The notes under the pieces are model-generated. The model was not told where the DNA came from. It saw only the letters and a program-made list of their open reading frames with translations, and ran no database searches. Positions 41,132 through 50,692 of a DNA stretch of 64,000 bases are shown one piece after another; the first letter of the stretch is position 1, and each line of letters opens with the position of its first letter. The position numbers and the translations under genes were made by a program. The DNA is from Spirochaetia bacterium (GTDB lineage: Bacteria > Spirochaetota > Spirochaetia > SZUA-6 > Bin103), in NCBI GenBank assembly GCA_965199955.1, contig CBDATQ010000002.1, positions 1,280,001-1,344,000 of the forward strand, read 5' to 3'.

Positions 41132-41618
41132 CTATCCGCCGGTGTCCGCGGCAGTAAGCCGGCCTTCACAGACGAGGCGTATCCCTCCGTGCAACCCACT
41201 CAGCCAGTTGCGCTCATCAGTCACCTCGGTGACGAGATCAGCACCCGTTTCCCCCTCTGAAGCCGGCCACAGCGCTCGAAACGTCTGATCGCCGGACCCC
41301 ACAGCCGAAAGCAGTGCGGATCTCACGTCCACCGCGTCGATCCAGCCCCGAAAGATTCGGCCGGCTGGCAGGCACGGTTTCCTGCCGATAAACAGCGGCC
41401 GAGCCGGACGCACCAGTGCGGTCTCCAGGTGGTCCAGAGTCGGAAGGTCGTTGTCGGGTGCAAGCCGCAATACTACCGACATGCGCAGGTCGGCGTGATA
41501 ATCCCGCCAGCGCTGATGCGCACCTTCGTAGGTCGCCGGTGCCCCGTCGCGTTTCGCTGGGATTCCGCGTGTGGTCCATGCCCGATCATTCTTGGCGAGC
41601 TGCGCAGTCTGATGGCCG
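41132..41618 (-). pseudogene. cas5e: Type I-E Cas5 (CasD), N-terminus missing, joined to the CRISPR repeat
   Basis: QTAQL..WTTRG, RDYHAD, PARPLFIGRKPCLP; the N-terminal RAMP motif is absent. Confidence 0.85.
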
Positions 41619-42683
41619 GGTCCATCCCCGCGCGTGCGGGGAAACCGACCAGAACGCCGTGACGGTCCCGATAACCCCGGGTCCATCCCCGCGCGTGCGG
41701 GGAAACCCGCTCCTTCCCCTGCCGAAGAAAGGTCTGCCAGGGTCCATCCCCGCGCGTGCGGGGAAACCTAAAGGCAGCACGACCACTATGCGTACCGCCC
41801 AGGTCCATCCCCGCGCGTGCGGGGAAACCTGCGTCAGTCGATGGAGGACGGCACGGCCCGGCGGTCCATCCCCGCGCGTGCGGGGAAACCGGTAGGCGAC
41901 ATAGGGCGCGACCAGGTCGTCGGGGTCCATCCCCGCGCGTGCGGGGAAACCCCCCGTATTGTCGAGCGGTAGCAGCAGACTTAGGGTCCATCCCCGCGCG
42001 TGCGGGGAAACCTCCGATTGAATCTGCAAGCTTGCGCGCCTTGCGGGTCCATCCCCGCGCGTGCGGGGAAACCGTCTGCCGTCGGGTCATCGCCGATTGC
42101 ATCGCGGGTCCATCCCCGCGCGTGCGGGGAAACCCTGGCACGGCCGCCGTTCATCAGCATTTGCCAAGGTCCATCCCCGCGCGTGCGGGGAAACCGAACG
42201 AGCGGAGGTAAGGGAATGAGTTTGTCTGGGTCCATCCCCGCGCGTGCGGGGAAACCTCGCCGGGCAGCAAGATCTGCTGCCGCAAGATGGGTCCATCCCC
42301 GCGCGTGCGGGGAAACCATCCACCCCGGACGGTCAAGCGCGGGGAGCAGAGGTCCATCCCCGCGCGTGCGGGGAAACCCGGAACTACACATGCGCATGTG
42401 GGGGCGGATCGGGTCCATCCCCGCGCGTGCGGGGAAACCGCCTTCGTCACGGACCCATGGGGCCACAGCGCCGGTCCATCCCCGCGCGTGCGGGGAAACC
42501 CCGCAGAGACTACTGGCGACACTACTATTAGCGGGTCCATCCCCGCGCGTGCGGGGAAACCCAATATGTGTTGGAACCCGTGGATGGTCTATGAGGTCCA
42601 TCCCCGCGCGTGCGGGGAAACCGCCGAGCTCTTCGTCTATAACATCGAGCATCCAGGTCCATCCCCGCGCGTGCGGGGAAACC
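41619..42683 (-). CRISPR. Type I-E CRISPR array: 18 repeats (GGTTTCCCCGCACGCGCGGGGATGGACC), 17 spacers of 33 bp
   Basis: Identical 28-bp repeats at a strict 61-bp period from 41619 to 42656; CCCCGC/GCGGGG hairpin; orientation inferred from the I-E repeat consensus. Confidence 0.98.
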
Positions 42684-42714
42684 TCTGCGTCATTCTGACC
42701 CAGCTTGATCCCTA

Positions 42715-44085
42715 TGTCAAGATCGCGCATTGCCTCACCAGGAATCTAACCCTGCCGAAAGCGTGCCTCACCTAAGAATCTAACCGAAGCGGCTGGACCT
42801 CACGGTCCGGTCCGGAGCCCTTCGCACACCGCGGAGGAGGTTCCGAGGAGAATGGGGCTGACGATGGGTGAGCGCAGGGCACTCACGGAGCAGGTGGCGC
42901 GGCGGTACCGCAGCGCCGCCAGGAAGGACAAGACGGTCATCCTCGGCGAGTTCGTCGAGGCCACCGGCTACACACGCAAGTACGCGATCCATCTGCTGAA
43001 CTCTTGGGGGCGCTACCCGCGTGGTGCGCATCGACGGACAGATGGTCAAGCTCGTGGTCGCACGCCCCCGGCACCCCAAGCCCCGCGCGCGACCGCGCCG
43101 CTACGACCAGGAGGTGCTCAAGGCCCTTACGCAGATCTGGTACGTATTCGACTTCATGTGCGGCAAGCGCCTGGTGGTCGTGCTGCGCACCATGCTGGCG
43201 GTCCTCGACTCGTTCGGCGAGATCCCGCTCAGCGACCAGGTGCGCGCCAAGCTGCTGAGCATCAGCGCCGCCACCATCGACCGGCTGCTGCAGCCCGAGC
43301 GCGCGCGGCTGCAGATCAAGGGCCGCACCCACACCAAGCCAGGCAGCCTCCTGAAGCACCAGATCCCGATCCGCACCTTCGCCGACTGGAACGAACAGGA
43401 GCCGGGCTTCTTCGAGATCGACCTGGTGGGCCACGACGGCGGCAACGCCTCCGGCGAGTTGTGCCACACGCTGAGCCTCACCGACCTCGACACCGGCTGG
43501 GTCGAGCTGCACGGGCTGAAGAACAAGGCGCAGCGTTGGACCCACGCGGCCCTGCAGGACGCACGCCGCACGCTGCCGATCCCGCTCAAGGGCATCGACA
43601 CCGACAACGGCAGCGAATTCATCAACCACCACTTGGTCGGCTTCTGCAACGAGCATCAGATCACCTTCACGCGCGCGCGCCCGTACCGCAAGAACGACAC
43701 CTGCTACGTCGAGCAGAAGAACGGCCACGTGGTGCGCCGCGCGGTCGGCTACCTGCGCCACGACACCGACGAGGAGCTGGGAGCTCTCAACGCCGTCTAC
43801 GCCACGCTCGGCCTCCTGGTCAACTTCTTCTACCCCTCGGTGAAGCTCATCAAGAAGACCCGCTACGGCTCCACGGTGCGCCGCGTCCATGACCAGCCCC
43901 AGACTCCGTATCAGCGCGTGCTGCAATCTTCGGCGGTGGACGCCGAGGTCAAGGCGCGGCTCAAACAGCAGTATGAGACGCTGAACCCCGTGGCCCTCAA
44001 GCGCGAGCTGACCCGATTGACCGATCACCTGCTGCGGGCGCATGCCGACAAGACACGGCCCCCGGCACGGCCGAGCAACCGATGA
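42715..44085 (+). mobile_element. IS-like element with Rv2807-like DDE (rve) transposase 42852-44085, frameshifted near 43010
   Basis: EIDLVGH, DTDNGSEF, YVEQKN triad; left end TGTCAAG with direct repeats TGCCTCACC..GAATCTAACC at 42731 and 42764; right end not found. Confidence 0.85.
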
Positions 44086-44409
44086 GCGTTGGCGCCGAAC
44101 GGCGGCTCGGACCGCTCTGGAGGGTCGCTCGGCCTCAGCGGGCCGTGAGCGGAGAAATCAACGCGCGAGGATTGCCCTCACGGCGTTTGCTGAGCCGGGT
44201 TGGTGTCCCGATACCCGCAGTGCGCTCCACCAACGTTGATTCGCGTCCGGCTCTGTGCACCGCTGCTGCCTGCGCTCGCAGACCACCTGCCCGTGTGCGG
44301 GAGCCTGGCGCTCGCCACGATCCGCTCCGATGGGCAGCTCCGCAACGGCAGTCACCGTCTGCAGCGAGCACTCTTGCCGCACGCGCCACGACGCCGCCCA
44401 CGTTGTATC

Positions 44410-45125
44410 CCGAACAGCGCCTCCGACCGGTGCCGGTGGCCGTGGCCGAAGTTGTGCTCTAGGTGGTAGCCGTGGTTCTTGAGGGTGTTGAAACCTTCAT
44501 GCTCGATCTTCCAGCGCGCCCGCGCGGCGCGCACCAGTTCGGCGACGTTGTCGGTGGTGGGCGTCAGGTCGGTGACCCAGGCGTTCTGCTATGTCACCGT
44601 GCCCGCCTTGAGGATGCGGAACTGGAAGAAGTTGATGTGCGCAGAGTTGGGATTGCCGTTCAGCGCCAGATCGGTAACCCACTCGTACTCCTGTCGTTCG
44701 CCGCGGTGGTCGGTATGGTGGCGGTTCAGCAGGTTGCCGCGGCGCAGACCGGCGACGTCCTGGTAGAGGCTGCGATGGTCACCGGGCTTGGCGACCAACA
44801 GGAACGAGAAGCGCGCCGCGCGGAGCTGCTCGACGAACGGTTTGGACTGGGAGTCGGAGGGGATCTGGGCGACGCCGAAGGTGGAGGAGAGGTTGTTGGC
44901 TTGCACTTGGTCCTGGAAGCGGCGCTGGAACTGCAGCAGGGAGGGGTCTTGGAGGTAGAACAAGGCGAGAGCGCTGAGGTAGCAGTCGCGCAGGGCGAAA
45001 CGGACTTTGCCCAGTTGGCGCGTGTCGACGACACCGGCGACGCAGGCTGCGATCGAGTCGACCAAGGAGCGGAAACGAAGTGAATCCGGCCCCTGCGCAA
45101 TCCCTTGGCCATGCGCGGATAGCAT
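44410..45125 (-). mobile_element. ISNCY-type transposase remnant with internal deletion
   Basis: PSLLQFQ, IPSDSQ, AKPGDH, RARWKIEHEGFNTLKNHGYHLEHNFGHG. Confidence 0.75.
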
Positions 45126-45172
45126 GGCCAGGACGGCGACGTATGGCTAAGAAGGCGTGCTGCTCGCGGACG

Positions 45173-45205
45173 GGCAGGCCGGCGAAGTCCTCGCGCCGGC
45201 CTGCC
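45173..45205. terminator. 12-bp stem hairpin downstream of the Gfo gene
   Basis: GGCAGGCCGGCG-N9-CGCCGGCCTGCC. Confidence 0.4.
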
Positions 45206-45270
45206 TGCAAGCTGTGGGTGTCGGCGGTGGCGGTCACGGTCCGATCAGCGTAGCGCGTCCGGCCGGCGGA

Positions 45271-46293
45271 TCACGTGGGCACGTCCACGGTGCCCCCCTC
45301 GGCCGCCGAGCGGTAGGCGGCGTGGATGATGCGCAGCGCGGCCAGCCCGTCGCGCGCGGTGACCGGCGGATCCGCCTCGCCCATGCACGCCGCAAGCGCG
45401 GATCTCACCCAGGGCGTGTAGCCGCCGCCCCGGCCACCGTAGCTCACCACCCGGGTGGGCTGGCCGGTGGCGGTCCATTCGAGCCGCCCCTGCTCGGCGA
45501 CGTTGATGCGCAGCCAGCCGGCGTCGCCGTACACGGTGATCGTGGCGTGTCCCTTCTTCTCCTCCATCAGGTAGCCGGAGAACAGCGAGCCGTGCGCGCC
45601 GCCGGCGAAGCGGAAGTTGACCAGGGCCAGGTCCTCCACGTCGATCGGCTGCCCGCCGACCACGGGCGCCATCGCCTGCACCGCCTCGATCTCCCGGCCG
45701 GTCAGCCAGCGGATCAGATCCAGGGCGTGGATGCCGAGCCAGGTGAGGTGCCCGCCACCGGCCAGCGCCTTGCGGAAGGTCCAGTCGTCCGTGGCCACCT
45801 TGCCCGGGATGCGCGACTGGTCGCTCACCTGCGACGCCTGCACGGCGTACAGCGATCCGATGCCCCCCTCCGCGATGATCCGCTGCGCGTCGACCTTCAC
45901 CGGGTCGCGGCGCTGCGCGAACGCCATCATCAGGTGCGCGCCGCGCCGCTCCGCGACCTCTACCAGGCGCTCGAACTGGTCGGGATGCACGCAGGACGGC
46001 TTCTCCGCCATCACGTGCACACCGGCCTCCAGCAGCGGCTCGATCACGGCCGGCGCGTGGGCGCCGATCATGGTCACGATCGCCATGTCCGGGGCGCCGT
46101 GGCGGAGCAGCGCCTCCACCGACGTCTCGGCGGCCTGCACCTTGGCTCCGCAGGCGCGCCGGGACTCCTCCAGCGTCGTGCCGGCGGGATCCATCAGCAG
46201 CGCCCGGTCGATGACGGCGATGCTGTCGATCGCCTCGCGATACGGCGCCTGGTGAGCGGCGCCCTCCTCGGTCACGAACGCGACGGTTGCCAT
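45271..46293 (-). CDS. Gfo/Idh/MocA oxidoreductase
   Basis: HVMAEKP, GGGHLTWLGIHALD. Confidence 0.9.
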   Translation of the reverse strand: MATVAFVTEEGAAHQAPYREAIDSIAVIDRALLMDPAGTTLEESRRACGAKVQAAETSVEALLRHGAPDMAIVTMIGAHAPAVIEPLLEAGVHVMAEKPSCVHPDQFERLVEVAERRGAHLMMAFAQRRDPVKVDAQRIIAEGGIGSLYAVQASQVSDQSRIPGKVATDDWTFRKALAGGGHLTWLGIHALDLIRWLTGREIEAVQAMAPVVGGQPIDVEDLALVNFRFAGGAHGSLFSGYLMEEKKGHATITVYGDAGWLRINVAEQGRLEWTATGQPTRVVSYGGRGGGYTPWVRSALAACMGEADPPVTARDGLAALRIIHAAYRSAAEGGTVDVPT

Positions 46294-46338
46294 GTCTCAG
46301 CCTGTCTCCTTGCGATGCGGTACTATAGCCGGGCGTTC

Positions 46339-47325
46339 ATGCTGAAGTTCATCGTCCGGCGCGTGCTTCTCATGATCCCCACGCTGATCGCCGTGTCGAT
46401 CCTGTCGTTTCTGATCATCCAGGCGCCGGCCGGCGACTTCGTCGACACCTACGTGGCGGGTCTGCGGCAGTTCGGGCAGATCGTCGAGCAGGGACAGATC
46501 GACGCCCTGCGCGAGCGCTACGGGCTGAACCAGCCGGTGTACGTCCAGTACTGGAAGTGGGTGTCCAGCATGGCCCGCGGCGACCTGGGACGATCGTTCG
46601 CGTGGAACCAGTCGGTGACGAGCCTGCTGTACGAGCGGCTGCCCTGGACGATCCTGATCGCCTTCAGCTCGCTGCTGGTGGTCTACTTCATCGCCATTCC
46701 GGTCGGCAACACGTCGGCAATACACCAGTATTCCGTGCGGGATTACGTGTTCACGAGCGTCGGCTTCATCGGTCTGGCGGTCCCCAATTTCCTGTTCGCA
46801 CTGATCTTCCTGTGGCTGTTCTTCCTGTGGACGGGCAAGGCGGCGGTGGGCCTGTTCTCCAAGGAGTACCTCACCGCATCGTGGAGCTTCGGCAAGTTCG
46901 TCGACCTGCTCTCGCATCTGTGGATCCCGGCGCTGATCGTCGGCACCGCCGGGACCGCCAGCCTGATCCGCATCATGCGCGCCAACATGCTCGACGAGCT
47001 GCACCGGCCGTACGTGATGGTGGCGCGCGCCAAGGGGTTGACCGAGCGCCGGCTGCTCTACAAGTACCCGTTTCGCGCCGCGCTGAACCCGGTGGTCAGC
47101 ACCATCGGCTACACCCTGCCGGAGATGATCAACGGCGCGCTCTTGACCTCGATCGTGCTGGGCTTGCCGACGATCGCGCCGGTGCTGCTGTCGGCGCTGC
47201 TCACCCAGGACATGTTCCTGGCCGGCAGCATCATCTTCGTGCTCAGCGTCCTGACGGTGATCGGCACGCTGTTGTCCGATGTCCTGCTGGCGTGGCTCGA
47301 TCCACGCATACGCGAGGCGGTCTGA
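46339..47325 (+). CDS. Peptide/nickel-type ABC transporter permease (DppB/OppB-like)
   Basis: GDLGRSF, ARAKGL, WLDPRIR. Confidence 0.92.
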   Translation: MLKFIVRRVLLMIPTLIAVSILSFLIIQAPAGDFVDTYVAGLRQFGQIVEQGQIDALRERYGLNQPVYVQYWKWVSSMARGDLGRSFAWNQSVTSLLYERLPWTILIAFSSLLVVYFIAIPVGNTSAIHQYSVRDYVFTSVGFIGLAVPNFLFALIFLWLFFLWTGKAAVGLFSKEYLTASWSFGKFVDLLSHLWIPALIVGTAGTASLIRIMRANMLDELHRPYVMVARAKGLTERRLLYKYPFRAALNPVVSTIGYTLPEMINGALLTSIVLGLPTIAPVLLSALLTQDMFLAGSIIFVLSVLTVIGTLLSDVLLAWLDPRIREAV

Positions 47326-47326
47326 C

Positions 47327-48439
47327 GTGGCGCAACCGGCGGCTCCGTCCGAGGAGCGGCTGTTCGTCGCCTCGCAGTGGCAGCTCATCCGCTGGAAGTT
47401 CCTCCGGCACCGGGTGGCCGTGGCCGCCCTGGGCGTGCTGGGGCTCTTCTATGTCGGCGCGTTCTTCGCCGAGTTCATCGCCCCCTACGACGGCCGGCTG
47501 TACGATCAGAACCGCGTGCTGCAACCGCCGCAGCGCCTTCGGTTCGTTGACGTGGACGGGCGGTTTCACCTGCGCCCGTTCGTGTACGGCCTCACGCAGA
47601 CGATCAACGAGATCACCTACGGCAAGGAGTACGCGATCGATCCGGGGCAGCGCCATCCGCTGGTGCTGTTCGTGCGCGGCGACGAGTACGAGTTCTGGGG
47701 GCTGTTCGAGACCGACGTCCACCTGTTCGGCTTCGCCGGCGGGCGCGGCTACCTGTTCGGCGCGGACGCGCTCGGCCGCGACCTGCTTTCACGGATCATC
47801 TACGGCAGTCGGATCTCGCTGACCGTGGGACTGCTCGGGATCGCGCTGAGCTTCGTGCTAGGCATCGTCCTGGGGGGCGTCTCCGGCTACCTGGGCGGCG
47901 CGCCCGACGTGATCATCCAGCGGCTGATCGAGTTCCTGCGCTCGATTCCGACCCTGCCGCTGTGGATGGGCCTGAGCGCGGCGCTGCCGCCCCACTGGAG
48001 CGTGACCAAGGTCTACTTCGCGATCGTGGTCATCCTGTCGTTCGTCGGCTGGACGTCGCTGGCGCGGGTCGTGCGCGGCAAGTTCCTGGCGGTGCGCGAG
48101 GAGGAGTTCGTGGTGGCGGCGCAGATCCACGTGGCGGGCCGCGGCTACATCATCATGCGGCACCTGCTGCCGTCGCTGTACAGCTACATCATCGCCTCGC
48201 TCACCCTGTCGGTCCCCGGCATGATCCTGGGCGAGACCGCGCTGAGCTTCATCGGCCTGGGGCTGCAGACTCCGGCCATAAGCTGGGGAGTGCTGCTGAA
48301 GGATGCCCAGGCCATCCGGGTCCTGGCCGACGCGCCCTGGCTGCTGATCCCGGCACTGTTCGTGATCGTCTCCATCCTGGCGTTCAACTTCCTGGGCGAC
48401 GGCATGCGTGACGCCGCCGACCCGTACGCCACCGTCTGA
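47327..48439 (+). CDS. ABC transporter permease (DppC/OppC-like)
   Basis: GRDLLSRIIYG, ETALSFIGLG, GDGMRDAADP. Confidence 0.92.
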   Translation: MAQPAAPSEERLFVASQWQLIRWKFLRHRVAVAALGVLGLFYVGAFFAEFIAPYDGRLYDQNRVLQPPQRLRFVDVDGRFHLRPFVYGLTQTINEITYGKEYAIDPGQRHPLVLFVRGDEYEFWGLFETDVHLFGFAGGRGYLFGADALGRDLLSRIIYGSRISLTVGLLGIALSFVLGIVLGGVSGYLGGAPDVIIQRLIEFLRSIPTLPLWMGLSAALPPHWSVTKVYFAIVVILSFVGWTSLARVVRGKFLAVREEEFVVAAQIHVAGRGYIIMRHLLPSLYSYIIASLTLSVPGMILGETALSFIGLGLQTPAISWGVLLKDAQAIRVLADAPWLLIPALFVIVSILAFNFLGDGMRDAADPYATV

Positions 48440-49560
48440 TGGCGGATCGCGCCTCCCGCCCCAAGACCGGCGCCTCCGGCCCCGCTCTTGGCCCATCCCC
48501 ACCTTCTTCCGAGGAGTCCGGCGGGCATTCCGCTGGCGCGGAACGCCGGCCGGATTCCTCGGGGACTGCGCTCCTCAGCGTGTGTGGGCTGAAGACGCAC
48601 TTCTTCTCGCGGCAAGGCACGGTCAAGGCCGTGGACGGCTTGAGCTTCGACCTGGCTCCGGGCGAGACCCTGGGCATCGCCGGCGAGAGCGGCTGCGGCA
48701 AGAGCGTCACTACCCAGTCGATCCTGCGCATCGTGCCCAAGAACGGCGCGATCGTGGACGGCAGCATCCTGTTCGACTCTCCCAGCCAGGGCCGGGTCGA
48801 CTTGGTGACCCTGGATCCCCAGGGCAGCGCCATACGCGAGATCCGCGGCGCCGAGATCGCGATGGTGTTCCAGGAGCCCATGACCTCGTTCTCGGCCATG
48901 CACACCGTCGGCAACCAGATCATGGAAGCGATCATGCTGCACCAGCAAGTCAGCAAGCGGCAGGCGCGCGCCGAGGCGATCGAGATGCTGGACCGGGTGG
49001 GGATGCCGCAACCGGCGGCGACCATCGACTCCTACTCGTTCAATCTCTCCGGCGGCATGCGCCAGCGCGCCATGATCGCCATGGCGCTGTCGTGCCGGCC
49101 GCGGCTGCTGATCGCCGACGAGCCCACCACCGCCGTGGACGTGACCATCCAGGCGCAGGTGCTGGACCTGATCAAGGACCTGCAGCAGGAGCTGGGCATG
49201 GCGCTGATCATCATCACCCACGACCTGGCGGTGATCGCCGAGCTGGCCGACACGGTCCTGATCATGTACTTGGGCCAGGAGGTGGAGTCGGCCCCCGTGG
49301 ACGACATCTTCTACCAGCCCCGGCACCCGTACACACGCGGGCTGCTCGGCTCGGTGCCGAAGCTCGGCGAGGGGGCGGCGCAGAAGATCACGCCGATCCG
49401 CGGGTCGGTGCCGACGCACGTCGAGCGCGTGCACGGCTGCCTGTTCCATCCGCGCTGTCCGGACTGCATGCCCGGCGTGTGCGACGGCGATGCGCCTCCC
49501 TTGCTGGAAGTCGGGGCCGGACACTCGGCGGCGTGCTACCTGTACGGCGGAGGCGCGTGA
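48439..49560 (+). CDS. ABC transporter ATPase (DppD/OppD-like)
   Basis: [25 protein letters not shown]. Confidence 0.92.
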   Translation: MADRASRPKTGASGPALGPSPPSSEESGGHSAGAERRPDSSGTALLSVCGLKTHFFSRQGTVKAVDGLSFDLAPGETLGIAGESGCGKSVTTQSILRIVPKNGAIVDGSILFDSPSQGRVDLVTLDPQGSAIREIRGAEIAMVFQEPMTSFSAMHTVGNQIMEAIMLHQQVSKRQARAEAIEMLDRVGMPQPAATIDSYSFNLSGGMRQRAMIAMALSCRPRLLIADEPTTAVDVTIQAQVLDLIKDLQQELGMALIIITHDLAVIAELADTVLIMYLGQEVESAPVDDIFYQPRHPYTRGLLGSVPKLGEGAAQKITPIRGSVPTHVERVHGCLFHPRCPDCMPGVCDGDAPPLLEVGAGHSAACYLYGGGA

Positions 49561-50591
49561 TGGGCGACCGGCAGCCGTTGCTGGAGGTCCGGAACCTCGT
49601 CAAGCACTTCCAGCGCACCCGCGGGCTCCGCCGGCAGGTGACCGGCGTCGTCAAGGCGGTCGACGACGTGAGCTTCACCGTGCATGCCGGGGAGACGCTG
49701 GCGCTGGTGGGCGAGAGCGGGTGCGGAAAGACGACCACCGGGCGTTGCATCCAGCGGGCGGTCGAGCCCACCTCCGGCCAGGTGCTCTTCCATCCGGACG
49801 GCGGCGATGCCGCGGTCAACGTCCCCGAGCTGGGCAGGAGCGAGCTCAAGGAGGTCATGACCCGGATGGGCATGATCTTCCAGGACCCCTATTCCTCGCT
49901 CAATCCGCGCATGACCATCGCGCAGACGATCGCCGAGCCGTTCGTCATCCACGGGACGCTCGGCAGCCGGCGCGAGATGGAGGAGCGCGTGGCGGAGCTG
50001 CTGCGCATGGTGCGCCTGGACCCGGTCTACATGACGCGCTATCCGCACGCGTTCTCCGGCGGGCAGCGCCAGCGCATCGCCATCGCGCGGTCCCTGGCGC
50101 TCATGCCGCAGTTCATCGTCGCCGACGAGCCGGTGTCCGCCCTGGACGTGTCCGTGCAAGCGCAGATCCTGGAGCTGCTGCAGGAGCTGCAGCAGAATCA
50201 CCACTTCGCCTACCTGTTCATCGCCCACAACCTGGCCGTGGTCGAGTACTTCAGCGAACGGATCGCGGTCATGTACGTGGGCAAGATCGTGGAACTGACC
50301 AGCACGCGCCGGCTGTTCGCGATGCCCAGGCACCCTTACACGGAGGCGCTCTTCTCGGCGGTGCCGAAGCCCGATCCCCGCTCCCGAGGCACGCGCATCC
50401 TGCTCGGCGGCGACATCGCCGACCCCGCGAATCCGCCGTCCGGCTGCTACTTCCATCCGCGCTGCCGCTTCGCGCAGCCGATCTGCAGGGAGCAGGAGCC
50501 GCCGCTGGTGGAGGTCGGCGCGGACCGGAGCGATCCTCACCTGGCCGCCTGCCACTTCGCCAGGGAGCTGGAGCTGGCCGGCGTGGTTTGA
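49560..50591 (+). CDS. ABC transporter ATPase (DppF/OppF-like)
   Basis: GESGCGKT, FSGGQRQR, ADEP, GCYFHPRC. Confidence 0.92.
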   Translation: MGDRQPLLEVRNLVKHFQRTRGLRRQVTGVVKAVDDVSFTVHAGETLALVGESGCGKTTTGRCIQRAVEPTSGQVLFHPDGGDAAVNVPELGRSELKEVMTRMGMIFQDPYSSLNPRMTIAQTIAEPFVIHGTLGSRREMEERVAELLRMVRLDPVYMTRYPHAFSGGQRQRIAIARSLALMPQFIVADEPVSALDVSVQAQILELLQELQQNHHFAYLFIAHNLAVVEYFSERIAVMYVGKIVELTSTRRLFAMPRHPYTEALFSAVPKPDPRSRGTRILLGGDIADPANPPSGCYFHPRCRFAQPICREQEPPLVEVGADRSDPHLAACHFARELELAGVV

Positions 50592-50692
50592 CACCTCACG
50601 GCCCCCTCCCCACCATGAGGCAACGAACGGGGCAGTCGGCTCGCGCGACCGTTCGTGGCCCTCATGCTCCGCATTCATTCAAGGAGAAGAGT

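Noticed and set aside
41416..42775. Multiple repetitive ORFs across the array
   Set aside because: Translations of stop-free CRISPR repeats.
40325..44085. CRISPR-associated transposon (array + cas5/cas6 + DDE transposase)
   Set aside because: No cas7, cas8, TnsC or TniQ; cas5 is truncated; the element's left end lies between the array and the transposase, so the CRISPR locus is outside the element.
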